Part shown: in pieces, positions 39,061-48,920 of the stretch
How positions within the stretch are numbered: position 1 is the first letter of the stretch
How the letters are laid out: the number at the start of each line of letters is the position of its first letter
NCBI GenBank assembly: GCA_031285625.1
Contig: JAITVV010000095.1
Span: 160,001 to 224,000, forward strand
Origin: Prevotella sp.
GTDB taxonomy: Bacteria > Bacteroidota > Bacteroidia > Bacteroidales > Dysgonomonadaceae
Length of the DNA: 64,000 nt
Reading direction: 5' to 3'
Position numbers and translations under genes: made by a program
The notes under the pieces: model-generated
Databases searched by the model: none
The model's input: only the letters and a program-made list of their open reading frames with translations
Told to the model about the DNA's origin: nothing

Positions 39061-42000
39061 ATGAATCCTGAAAATAGAATATCATATAACTTTACGCTTA
39101 TGAAAAGCATAAGACTACTTTTTACCTTTTTTTTACTCATATTTTGCACCTCAAATCTTTTATCACAGGAAAATTCCAATTTCCATTTCAAAAAGATCCA
39201 GGTAGATGACGGGTTGTCCGAAAGTGCAATATATTGTATTATGCAGGACATGAAAGGTTTTATGTGGTTTGGTACCAAAGACGGGCTGAACAGGTACGAT
39301 GGTTATAATTTCCGCATATTCAGGAATAATCCACATAATACACAGTCGATAGGCAACAATTTTATCCGCTGTATAGCCGAGGGAGGTACCAATACATTAT
39401 ATATAGGAACAGATGCCGGACTGTATATAATGAATACGATAGATGAAAGTTTTAGTAAAGTAACCATGAAAACCGATAAGGGAATTGATGTGACCTCTGC
39501 TGTGAATGCTTTACATGTAGATAAAAATGGTAATGTATGGATCGGTAGTATGACACAGGGGATATTTATATATAATCCTAAAGGTCAGGTGCTAAAAGCC
39601 GTGGAGCTGGAAAAATACCATCTGGGACAAAATGCGGCATGGTCTATCATCAGTGATAAGTCGGGAACCATCTGGGTAGGAACCCGCCTGGGGCTACTCA
39701 GGTATAATGCTAATACAGAAAAGCTGGAGGCTATAGAAGGTATGTTCAGCACACAGGATAATTCCAAGCACGAAATACTATGCATACTCGATGACGATAA
39801 AGGTAATCTGTGGCTGGGAACATGGGATGATGGGATGCGACTGTACAATAAGCAAACAAATGAATATATCTCATTATATGGATTAGATTCCAGATCATAT
39901 TATATCACACATGTACGCTCTATATTTCAATATACGGATAAATCCCTGCTTATCGGTTCTGATGATGGTCTGTACCTGTTCGATCTGGAGAAAGAAATCA
40001 TCAAGCGGGTAGATGTGCCACAACTAACCCACAGCCTCAGCGACCAGAATATATATTCCATAGCCAAGGACAGGGAAAATGGTATCTGGATAGGTACATA
40101 CTTTGGCGGGGTCAACTATCTGAACACTTCGCTGATAAATATAGAAACATATTATCCCGATGTGGTACATGGCCTGCTGTCGGGTAAGGCTGTGAGCCAG
40201 TTTTGCGAAGATGATGCAGGCAATATATGGATTGCTACCGAAGATGGTGGTGTCAACTTTTTTGATACAAAAACGAAAAAGATAACCCAGCCTATACAGA
40301 CAACGTATCATAATACGCATGCTTTACTCTTTGATAACGAGAACCTGTGGATTGGTACATTTTCACGGGGGATTGATGTTTACAATACGCGTACAAAGTC
40401 GCTTATCAATCTTCGCAATAGCGCCAAAGATGAAAACACACTGAATGACGATTGTATTTTTTCACTCTATAAAACGAAGAAAGGAGATATCTATGCCGGA
40501 ACTCCGGTTGGGTTGAATAAATATAACCGGAATGATAACAGCTTTACCCGCATAACAGAAGCCAACGGATTTATTTATGATATGAAGGAGGATGATTATG
40601 GTAATCTCTGGGTAGCTACATATGGCTTGGGTGCATTGAGGCTGGATATAAAAAATAATAAATGGATAAATTACGATACTATACAGAGCCGAAACAACCC
40701 GATTGTAGGCAGTAAACTGACTGGTATATACATCGATAATAAGAAAAGAGTGATATTTTCGAGTGAAGGACGTGGTATCTTTATCTATGACTACAAAACC
40801 GATAACTTCAAGAATATATCGGAAGTAGACGGACTGCCGAATAATGTGATTTACGGTGTGCTCGACGATCCGTTTGGTAACCTGTGGATTAGCAGCAATA
40901 AGGGGCTGGTCTGTTTCGATACATCCAATCCTAGAGATTTTAAACTGTATAATAAGGCCGATGGATTACAGAGTAACCAGTTTAACTACAAGTCGAGCTA
41001 TAAAACCCGTGATGGCAAATTCTACTTCGGGGGTATAAACGGATTCAACAGTTTTTTTCCAAAAGACCTGAGCGAGAGCAAGAATCGCATTGTACCATCT
41101 ATTGAGATAACACAAATAAACCTTCTGGACAACTCTGACCCTGAACTCGAAAAAGAAATACAGACCAATCTGAATAAAAAAGAACAGATAGAACTACCAT
41201 ATAACAAATCGTCATTTACCATCTCTTATGTGAGCCTTAGCTATATATCGCAGGCAAAGAACCAGTATGCCTATAAGCTGGAAGGGGTGGATACGGAATG
41301 GAACTATGCAGGGAATAATAAAAGTGTTACCTATGTGAGCCTCTCGCCGGGTAAATACTTATTTAAAGTAAAAGCCTCAAATAACGATGGTCTGTGGAAC
41401 GATCAGGGAACGGAGATAGAGATTGAGATACTCCCTCCGTTCTGGCTATCATTACCTGCCAAGATGTTTTATTTACTTATAAATCTGCTGATTGTGTATT
41501 TTATTGCATCATATTATCTAAAGAAGACGAAACAGAAACAACAGCAGCAGTTAGAAAACTTCAAGACAGAGCAGGAAACGCTTGCCTTCAAGTCTAAGAT
41601 AGAATTCTTTACCACTATTGCACACGAAATACGTACGCCGTTGAGCCTTATCAGCGCTCCGTTGGAGGAAGTGATTTCGTCAGGAGAGGGTAGTAATCAA
41701 ACACATCAGAACCTGTCTATTATAGAAAAAAATTGTGACAGGCTGACCATACTTATTAATCAGTTGTTAGACTTCCGTAAGATGGATTCGACAAAATATA
41801 TTGTCAATCCTGAGATAATCGACCTGAGAAACCATATCAACGAATTGTTTGAACGGTTTAAAAAAACGGCTCAGAATAAGAAGATAGACTTTGATTTGCA
41901 AATGCCTGCCGATGGTGACTTTGTAGTAGTATCGGACGAGGATGCACTGACCAAGATTATTGGCAACCTGCTTACCAATGCACTGAAGTTCACAAAAGAT

Positions 42001-43098
42001 AAGATCGTCCTCAAACTGGAACTGAACAGTGACAAATCGTACTCGGTGAGCGTAGAGGATAACGGAAGGGGTATTGCCGATAATCACAAAGACCTGATTT
42101 TTGACCCTTTCTATCAGGTACAGAAAGACGATGGAAATGTTGGCACGGGAATAGGTCTGTCACTGGTAAAACACCTGACAGAAATACTGAAAGCAAAAAT
42201 AGAAGTAAAGAACGGAGACAAAGGGGGAACAATTTTTACATTCACATTCTCCGATATTCCAAAGGACATGCCGCGAAAGAAGGAAGAAACAGACGGAGAT
42301 CTGTATTCGGAAAATATAGTATCTGCAAGGGACAAAAAAGAGATGATACTTGTAGTAGACGATAATCCGGAAATGATCCTGTTTATAAAGAACTGCATCC
42401 AGAATCAATATTCAGTGGATACGGCACTGGATGCCTCAGAAGCGTTATCACTGATGGAAGAAAAGAGTTACGATCTCATTATATCCGATATTATGATGCC
42501 GGGTATAGATGGCATATCTTTTACGAAGAAGGTGAGGGCAGATATCAATTATAGTCATATACCTGTCATATTACTATCAGCCAAAACAGAGAATACAGCA
42601 AAGGTAGAAGGTCTGCAATCGGGTGCAGATGTATTTATTGAAAAGCCGTTTTCTACATCATATCTCAAAGCACAGATTTCGAGTCTGTTGGAAAATAGAA
42701 GAGCCATGCTGGACGCATTCAACCGTTCGCCAATGGCATCCTATTCGGCTTTGGCAACCAATAAAGGCGATGAGGCATTCCTCAACAGGCTGAATGAAGA
42801 AATAGAGAAACACATTTCTGATGAAACTTTCTCGGTGGAGTCGCTTACTGATATACTCAGTATCAGCCGTTCTAACCTGCAACGAAAACTGAAAGGCATC
42901 AGTGGTGTTACTCCAGGTGATTACTTGCGTAACTACCGCCTGAAAAGAGCCTGTAAGTTATTGCTCGAAACCGATATGCGGATTAATGAGGTAGCTTTTT
43001 ATGTAGGGTTCAACTCAGCGTCTTATTTTACAAAAGCTTTTTATAAGTGCTATCAGATGTCGCCTAAGGAGTTTGTAAATAAGATGGGGAAAAATTGA
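39061..43098 (+). CDS. Hybrid two-component system sensor-regulator (HTCS)
   Basis: Reg_prop repeats (WFGTKDGLNRYDG), Y_Y_Y domain, TM, HisKA IAHEIRTPL, HATPase GTGIGL, REC DLIISDIMMP, AraC HTH GFNSASYFTKAF. The start may be ATG 39100. Confidence 0.96.
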   Translation: MNPENRISYNFTLMKSIRLLFTFFLLIFCTSNLLSQENSNFHFKKIQVDDGLSESAIYCIMQDMKGFMWFGTKDGLNRYDGYNFRIFRNNPHNTQSIGNNFIRCIAEGGTNTLYIGTDAGLYIMNTIDESFSKVTMKTDKGIDVTSAVNALHVDKNGNVWIGSMTQGIFIYNPKGQVLKAVELEKYHLGQNAAWSIISDKSGTIWVGTRLGLLRYNANTEKLEAIEGMFSTQDNSKHEILCILDDDKGNLWLGTWDDGMRLYNKQTNEYISLYGLDSRSYYITHVRSIFQYTDKSLLIGSDDGLYLFDLEKEIIKRVDVPQLTHSLSDQNIYSIAKDRENGIWIGTYFGGVNYLNTSLINIETYYPDVVHGLLSGKAVSQFCEDDAGNIWIATEDGGVNFFDTKTKKITQPIQTTYHNTHALLFDNENLWIGTFSRGIDVYNTRTKSLINLRNSAKDENTLNDDCIFSLYKTKKGDIYAGTPVGLNKYNRNDNSFTRITEANGFIYDMKEDDYGNLWVATYGLGALRLDIKNNKWINYDTIQSRNNPIVGSKLTGIYIDNKKRVIFSSEGRGIFIYDYKTDNFKNISEVDGLPNNVIYGVLDDPFGNLWISSNKGLVCFDTSNPRDFKLYNKADGLQSNQFNYKSSYKTRDGKFYFGGINGFNSFFPKDLSESKNRIVPSIEITQINLLDNSDPELEKEIQTNLNKKEQIELPYNKSSFTISYVSLSYISQAKNQYAYKLEGVDTEWNYAGNNKSVTYVSLSPGKYLFKVKASNNDGLWNDQGTEIEIEILPPFWLSLPAKMFYLLINLLIVYFIASYYLKKTKQKQQQQLENFKTEQETLAFKSKIEFFTTIAHEIRTPLSLISAPLEEVISSGEGSNQTHQNLSIIEKNCDRLTILINQLLDFRKMDSTKYIVNPEIIDLRNHINELFERFKKTAQNKKIDFDLQMPADGDFVVVSDEDALTKIIGNLLTNALKFTKDKIVLKLELNSDKSYSVSVEDNGRGIADNHKDLIFDPFYQVQKDDGNVGTGIGLSLVKHLTEILKAKIEVKNGDKGGTIFTFTFSDIPKDMPRKKEETDGDLYSENIVSARDKKEMILVVDDNPEMILFIKNCIQNQYSVDTALDASEALSLMEEKSYDLIISDIMMPGIDGISFTKKVRADINYSHIPVILLSAKTENTAKVEGLQSGADVFIEKPFSTSYLKAQISSLLENRRAMLDAFNRSPMASYSALATNKGDEAFLNRLNEEIEKHISDETFSVESLTDILSISRSNLQRKLKGISGVTPGDYLRNYRLKRACKLLLETDMRINEVAFYVGFNSASYFTKAFYKCYQMSPKEFVNKMGKN

Positions 43099-43333
43099 GA
43101 TTTCCTTACATAAAAAGTCATATATTAAGTTTGACTACTTACTTATATCCAGTAACTTATCTTGTTTAATATCTTCGAAAAGTCATATACCAATGACCAG
43201 ACCTAACTTTTAATGCCCATATTTCTTACTTTTATAAAACATTTTATGTTTTAACATTCTTTATTGTGAATTTGTCCTTCAGATACTTTTGTTCACATAG
43301 TTTTACAAGCAACGATTCTAATAAATACATTTC

Positions 43334-44548
43334 ATGAAAAAAACACTAAACAAAGTTCTGTTATTATTTATTTCCATGTTGGTATTATCTGCATGTCAGA
43401 ATGAAGATAGTCCGGCACCTGAGATAAAAGAGAAAGATAGCTTTGTCGGAATCGAAGATATCACACAATTGGTTTCACAAATACAGTTGCCTGTAGAAGG
43501 TACTAAAGGAACAAAAGTATATAAGAATAAAGAAATAAGTAATATTATGCCTGTTGAGGGAAAAGCAGATAATAAAGCTTCGTTCTATATTGTGAATTAT
43601 GAGGATGGAGGCTTTATTGTTATGTCTGCCGACAACAGGATAAATCCTGTATTGGCTTACTCTGATTCGGGAGAATTGCCATTATATGAGGAGCTTCCCT
43701 CAGGACTGGTAGGGTGGATGGAAGAGACCTCTGCATATGTGGATGAGGTAAAGGCTTCGGATATGGAACAGAGCGGTAATGTTGCGGATGCGTGGAAACC
43801 TCAGGCTATACAGCGATTGATTGGCGGTGGTGATAATGAAGGAATAGACCGTAATGAGGATGGATGCCAGAATACGGAGAAAGAAGTGTTACCATTGATG
43901 AGCACCATTTGGGGACAATGGTCTGGTTATAACGATCTCGTTAACTCGAATATATATTGTAGTAAATCCTCAAATGGAAAACCTCCTGCCGGGTGTGTGG
44001 CTATTGCTCTTGCACAGATCATGAAATATCATGAATATCCCAAAACTTATAATTGGGTTAATATGAATAGATATAATGGGGGAAGTGAAACTGCCCGGTT
44101 AATAAGGGATATAGGCATCGCAGTGGGGATGGATTACGGATGCGATGGATCATTTGCCAAAAATACTGATGCAGTGAATGCTTTGAAAAATACATTTAAA
44201 TACAGTTCAGCTATCTTAAGTGATTTTGATATCGACAAGGTTGTTGCTGAATTGAATGCTAAAAGACCTGTTTATCTCACTGGTGGGAGTAAAGAATATT
44301 TCATTATATTTCCGTACTCTGATAATGGACATGCTTGGGTATGTGACGGGTACAGACGTGTTTGGGATTGCCAGTACGATAGATATGGTAATTTTAACGG
44401 TACTATTATTATGACTACATATCTTCGTATGAATTGGGGATGGAGTAGTTATTCCTTGAATAATGCATGGTTTGGATATAATGAGTGGAAGGTTGATGGC
44501 AAGGATTATACCTATAAGAAAAAAATGATATACAATATTAAACCATAA
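43334..44548 (+). CDS. C10 family cysteine protease (streptopain/interpain-like) lipoprotein with I69 prodomain
   Basis: Lipobox LSAC; prodomain FYIVNYEDGGFIVMSADNRINPVLAYS; WGQ, catalytic AGCVAIALAQIM, GHAWVCDGY, MNWGW. Confidence 0.93.
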   Translation: MKKTLNKVLLLFISMLVLSACQNEDSPAPEIKEKDSFVGIEDITQLVSQIQLPVEGTKGTKVYKNKEISNIMPVEGKADNKASFYIVNYEDGGFIVMSADNRINPVLAYSDSGELPLYEELPSGLVGWMEETSAYVDEVKASDMEQSGNVADAWKPQAIQRLIGGGDNEGIDRNEDGCQNTEKEVLPLMSTIWGQWSGYNDLVNSNIYCSKSSNGKPPAGCVAIALAQIMKYHEYPKTYNWVNMNRYNGGSETARLIRDIGIAVGMDYGCDGSFAKNTDAVNALKNTFKYSSAILSDFDIDKVVAELNAKRPVYLTGGSKEYFIIFPYSDNGHAWVCDGYRRVWDCQYDRYGNFNGTIIMTTYLRMNWGWSSYSLNNAWFGYNEWKVDGKDYTYKKKMIYNIKP

Positions 44549-44560
44549 AAATATATAGGG

Positions 44561-45073
44561 ATGAAAAAAATACTATATTTTATAACGATCTCAATACTGT
44601 TTACCGCATTTAGTTGTAGTGACGATGATTCAGCAGCGTATCGTGATATAGGGTTTGGATACTGTGTTGTAGACCAGGACGGAAACGATCTGTTTGATCA
44701 GGAGACAGCGGGGGCTATCGATACCTCTGCAATAGAGATCTATAATATAATAGATGGAAAGCCGGTTTTGTTTCGCACCAACACAGGTCATAAAGGATAT
44801 TGGTTTGTAAAACATGAGGATTCTGATGGGGATGGAAGATATGATAATATTCCCGGACTTGTCATGTATATTGCGATTTTGACATATTTTGATGAAGAGG
44901 ATAAGTCGACCAGTATCATAAAGTGGAATAAACAGGAATCAGATACAGTTACGATATTGGCCGATAGAAAAATAAATTCAACTTGGCCGGTTCATTATTG
45001 GGTAAATGGTAGCGATAATATCGATTGGATCAATAAGGATTTGAGAATAGCCCGCAAAGTGAAACAAAGATAA
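44561..45073 (+). CDS. Small lipoprotein downstream of the C10 protease, paralog 1 (candidate inhibitor)
   Basis: Lipobox AFSC; shares DxxGNDLxD, KSTxIIxWN, SDT and WxNGxxNIDWI with the next gene. Confidence 0.7.
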   Translation: MKKILYFITISILFTAFSCSDDDSAAYRDIGFGYCVVDQDGNDLFDQETAGAIDTSAIEIYNIIDGKPVLFRTNTGHKGYWFVKHEDSDGDGRYDNIPGLVMYIAILTYFDEEDKSTSIIKWNKQESDTVTILADRKINSTWPVHYWVNGSDNIDWINKDLRIARKVKQR

Positions 45074-45074
45074 G

Positions 45075-45566
45075 ATGAGGAAAATAATATATTTTGTAGC
45101 GTTATTGTCATTATTTAGCCTGTTGGGTTGCGAAAATACTCCATCGCCAATCCCGATTATAGAAATGGATCTCAGATTTAATTTATTTGATGAATCCGGT
45201 AACGATCTTCTTGATCCTGATTTTGAAGAGGGGATCAATGCGCACCGAATACGAATATTTTATATGGTAGATGGTAAAGCAAGAGAATATTATAATGTGA
45301 TGTCTGGCGCACCTAAGGGTTATGTAATATATGAGCCGGATTTAACACAAAATCATTATACGCTTAATCTATTCCTTGACAGGAATATAGATGATGGTAA
45401 ATCAACAACTATTATAAGATGGAATGATTTTGATTCGGATACAATAATGGCTCAAGTGGATAAGAGAGAAAATGATTATGTAGTAGCAACGAAGTTTTGG
45501 ATCAATGGAAATGAAAATATCGATTGGATAGATGAAGGACAAAGAATTTGCAAATTGGTAAAATAG
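45075..45566 (+). CDS. Small lipoprotein downstream of the C10 protease, paralog 2 (candidate inhibitor)
   Basis: Lipobox LLGC; shares the motifs above with 44561-45073. Confidence 0.7.
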   Translation: MRKIIYFVALLSLFSLLGCENTPSPIPIIEMDLRFNLFDESGNDLLDPDFEEGINAHRIRIFYMVDGKAREYYNVMSGAPKGYVIYEPDLTQNHYTLNLFLDRNIDDGKSTTIIRWNDFDSDTIMAQVDKRENDYVVATKFWINGNENIDWIDEGQRICKLVK

Positions 45567-45582
45567 ATGTAAAAAAATAGGT

Positions 45583-45618
45583 AGGAGGTAGCAAGTAGTT
45601 TATTTGCTACCTCCTTTT
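45583..45618 (+). terminator. Intrinsic terminator of the C10 operon
   Basis: AGGAGGTAGCAAGTA-GTT-TATTTGCTACCTCCT followed by TTT. Confidence 0.8.
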
Positions 45619-45702
45619 ACGAATGGGCATATGAATAATTAAGATAATTGAACGATTTATTTTAGGAATTAAGCTGTAACTTTGTATAAAACAAAATAAC
45701 GA

Positions 45703-46530
45703 ATGCTTAGACCCGGACCCATTGGTGTATTTGATTCAGGATATGGAGGATTGACGATTTTGTCGGAGATACAAGCCCTTATGCCCGGATATGATTACTG
45801 CTATCTTGGCGATAATTCACGTGCGCCATATGGTACACGTTCGTTTGAGGTAGTGTATGAATTTACCCGTCAGGCCGTAGAAACTCTGTTCGATATGGGC
45901 TGTAATCTGGTTATACTAGCCTGTAATACAGCATCGGCAAAAGCATTGCGTACTATTCAGCAAAACGATCTTCCTAATATAGATCCTGACAAAAGGGTGC
46001 TGGGCGTGATACGTCCTACTGCCGAAATTATAGGAAAAATAACTGCCAGTCGCCATGTAGGTGTGGTGGGTACATCGGGTACTATACAGTCAGAGTCATA
46101 TCCGATAGAAATAAAGAAATTATTCCCTGATATAGTGGTTACAGGCGAAGCCTGCCCTATGTGGGTTCCCTTGGTCGAAAACCGGGAATATGAAACTGAG
46201 GGAGCCGATTACTTTATAAAGAAGAATCTGGATAGTATTTTATCTAAAGATCCTCTTATAGATACACTGATACTTGGCTGTACACATTATCCGCTATTGC
46301 TGGATAAGATAAAGAAATACCTGCCGGAAGGAGTTTCAGCCTTACCGCAGGGTGAGTATATCGCACATAGTTTGCAAGACTATCTGTTTCGTCATCCCGA
46401 AATGGATAATGTATGTACAAAAGGGGGGACAACACATTATTTTACAACAGAATCTCCTGATAAATTCTCAGAAGCCGCTACCATCTTTTTGAATAGAGAT
46501 ATAGAAGTCGATCATATAACACTCGAGTAA
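45703..46530 (+). CDS. murI: Glutamate racemase
   Basis: IGVFDSGYGGLT, GDNSRAPYG, ILACNTAS, ILGCTHYP; TAACTTTG -7 box upstream. Confidence 0.96.
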   Translation: MLRPGPIGVFDSGYGGLTILSEIQALMPGYDYCYLGDNSRAPYGTRSFEVVYEFTRQAVETLFDMGCNLVILACNTASAKALRTIQQNDLPNIDPDKRVLGVIRPTAEIIGKITASRHVGVVGTSGTIQSESYPIEIKKLFPDIVVTGEACPMWVPLVENREYETEGADYFIKKNLDSILSKDPLIDTLILGCTHYPLLLDKIKKYLPEGVSALPQGEYIAHSLQDYLFRHPEMDNVCTKGGTTHYFTTESPDKFSEAATIFLNRDIEVDHITLE

Positions 46531-46566
46531 TTCAAGCGGTTTGTTTTGCCACGAAACTTTGCAACA

Positions 46567-47397
46567 ATGAAAATCATAACATCTACCGATCCGGATTTGG
46601 AATACAGGAACGAATACGATCTGTTTCGTGATGTGTATTTCAAAGGCGAACCATTCACAGGCATTATTAAAGATGAGGATTCTTATTCCGAGCAGACAGA
46701 GTTTCTCAATGGGAAAGCCAATGGGCAATATATCTGTAAATTTAAAAGTGGGGAAACACATTCTGTAGCTCATTACGAAAATGGAGAAGAAATTTGGAGT
46801 AAATCATATTACGAATCCGGTCATCTATATGAAGTAAGCGATCAGGAGCAATCTAAGCTATGGAGCGAATCGGGTCAACTTGCATATGAGTGGGATTTGA
46901 AAGCGAATATAAGAAAAACATATTTCAAAGATGGACAATTGAAGAGCCTTTCCCGGAATAAAACCACTGAGTATTATGCACAAGATGGTGCGTTGGCGAT
47001 GATCTTCCCGCCTGATAAATATATAGACCTGCATTATGTGAGGAAGATAGACTATAAAGATGAGGTTTTACTCAGAAATTATTCGGATCTGCTGAACAAA
47101 GAGTTTCCCGGGTTGGAAAAACTAAGCCAGACATATGGATCTTCAGAAAGTCATTACAGGCATCTTATATGGATGTGGTTTTGGGAAATATTCGATAAAG
47201 ATCAGAGGCAGTATTTCGCGATTGTCAATAATCTGATGAAGCATCCTGACAAAGATGTTGTTGATACTATTGCCGGCATTATTGCGATTCATCGCTTTGA
47301 GTCGTATATTGAAAAAGAAAATACTGAAAATGCCGCTTGCTATAAGCTGATCAAAAAACACCGGAAATATCAGGATCAGAATTTTCCCGACAGATAA
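46567..47397 (+). CDS. MORN-variant repeat protein (YwqK-like antitoxin/immunity-like) with a helical C-terminus
   Basis: YFKGEPFTG, FLNGKANG, YENGEE, YYESGHL, WSESGQL, YFKDGQLK repeats; ATG 46567 preferred over TTG 46546. Confidence 0.65.
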   Translation: MKIITSTDPDLEYRNEYDLFRDVYFKGEPFTGIIKDEDSYSEQTEFLNGKANGQYICKFKSGETHSVAHYENGEEIWSKSYYESGHLYEVSDQEQSKLWSESGQLAYEWDLKANIRKTYFKDGQLKSLSRNKTTEYYAQDGALAMIFPPDKYIDLHYVRKIDYKDEVLLRNYSDLLNKEFPGLEKLSQTYGSSESHYRHLIWMWFWEIFDKDQRQYFAIVNNLMKHPDKDVVDTIAGIIAIHRFESYIEKENTENAACYKLIKKHRKYQDQNFPDR

Positions 47398-47402
47398 AAT
47401 AT

Positions 47403-47432
47403 TAAGGCTGTATCGTTTGATACAGCCTTTAA
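47403..47432. terminator. Bidirectional hairpin between convergent genes; arms resemble the MITE terminal repeat
   Basis: AAGGCTGTATC-GTTT-GATACAGCCTT 11-bp perfect stem. Confidence 0.65.
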
Positions 47433-48215
47433 TTATTCTATTAGCCCGAAATGCCGGAGTGCATTTGCCACGCCATTTTCGTCTACACTATCGGTGATAT
47501 AGTCCGCCACAGCTTTTACATCGTCTCCGGCGTTGCCCATTGCGACACCTATACCTACATGTTTCAGCATTTCTATATCGTTACCTCCATCGCCGAAGGC
47601 CATTGTTTCAGACTTATTGATGTTATAGTATTCCAAAAACTTATCTATTCCTGTACTTTTGTCGATTCCCCTTACATTCACATCTGCAAAAGTAGAATGC
47701 CAACGACTGGCATTACAGCTTACAAATGCTTCTTTCATTATTTTTTCTTCCAGTTCCTTATCTACATAGAGATTCACCTGAAGAACCTCATCCTCTACCA
47801 TTTCCTGAAGATTTCTGACAGGTGGCACAGGAACTTCAACCAGATTGGCAATATTCTTAACAGTCTCATCTACATGGCTTACAAAGGAACCTTCGTTTAC
47901 CATAAATGCAAAAGGGAAATTTATCACATTCTCCTGGTATGCAATCAGTGACTTTAGTTCTTCTTTAGGGATAAGCTTTTTGAAGATAACTTCATTATCC
48001 GTTGTTACACAATAGGCACCATTCACAGTTATAAAGCCGTCAAACTCCAGTCCGCCCAGATTTTGAACCTGTTTTTTGAGGCGTCCTGTTGCCAGAAAGA
48101 CTTTAATACCTTTTTGTTTTACGGCATTTATAGCATCAATTGTAGATTGTGGAACAGTATGTGTCTTGAAACTGAGAAGAGTTCCGTCGATATCAAAGAA
48201 AATCGCTTTAATCAT
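47433..48215 (-). CDS. Cof-type HAD-IIB hydrolase
   Basis: FFDIDGTL, LATGR, DKSTG, AFGDGGNDIEML, GVAMGNA. Confidence 0.93.
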   Translation of the reverse strand: MIKAIFFDIDGTLLSFKTHTVPQSTIDAINAVKQKGIKVFLATGRLKKQVQNLGGLEFDGFITVNGAYCVTTDNEVIFKKLIPKEELKSLIAYQENVINFPFAFMVNEGSFVSHVDETVKNIANLVEVPVPPVRNLQEMVEDEVLQVNLYVDKELEEKIMKEAFVSCNASRWHSTFADVNVRGIDKSTGIDKFLEYYNINKSETMAFGDGGNDIEMLKHVGIGVAMGNAGDDVKAVADYITDSVDENGVANALRHFGLIE

Positions 48216-48292
48216 AATAAATCAGTAATTAACTACAAATTTACGACAATTAAGCCAGAAGAAGAATGATATAGATCAGAATCGTGGATTTC

Positions 48293-48724
48293 TTAATCAA
48301 GAATAGACTGAACTTTTTCTTTGAGTTCTGAATAAAGTTTTATGTGTTGAGGACTGTTTATCGATTTATCGGACAAATCATATCTGTGGAAAATATCTTC
48401 GCACTCATCCAATAAAGACTGTATCATTTCCTCATCCTTTTCAGTGAACGGCTCTTTTTGATGTCCTTTTGTGTAAATATCTTTTATTATATCATACTTG
48501 GAGAATAACAACTCTTGCAACAGAATGCATTTAGCCTCCCCATAAGCTATTTTTTCATCAACGCCGAGTTCTGCCTGTTTACAAAAATATTGTGCTGCCA
48601 CATCAGAACGCATACATATAAAGGATGCATCACGAATAAGTCGTGGATGGTATTTTTCTAAATGAGAAATTAACTCTGATTTTAGAAAAGCAAAGACATT
48701 TGCCTGAGTGTATTTTTTGTGCAT
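48293..48724 (-). CDS. DUF1896-like protein (Bacteroidales conjugative-transposon associated), orphan
   Basis: LISHLEKYHP...FICMRSDVAAQYF...AYGEAKCILLQELLFSKYDII resembles the DUF1896 pattern (HP...FI..R...A...G...A..L...L.FSKYD), recognised from memory. Confidence 0.65.
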   Translation of the reverse strand: MHKKYTQANVFAFLKSELISHLEKYHPRLIRDASFICMRSDVAAQYFCKQAELGVDEKIAYGEAKCILLQELLFSKYDIIKDIYTKGHQKEPFTEKDEEMIQSLLDECEDIFHRYDLSDKSINSPQHIKLYSELKEKVQSILD

Positions 48725-48920
48725 AGGTTATTGGTTAGAATGTTATTAATTGATCTTTCTTCAACTAATTTGCTCTATCAATCAATGCATGATAAATACC
48801 TGCAACCATGAGATTATAAAATTATTTATTCAAGTGTTTTCTGAACACGATGGTTCCTTATACACAAATGTAATAATTAATACTTTAGGATTAAAGCGTT
48901 TATATATCTATTTTATAAAA

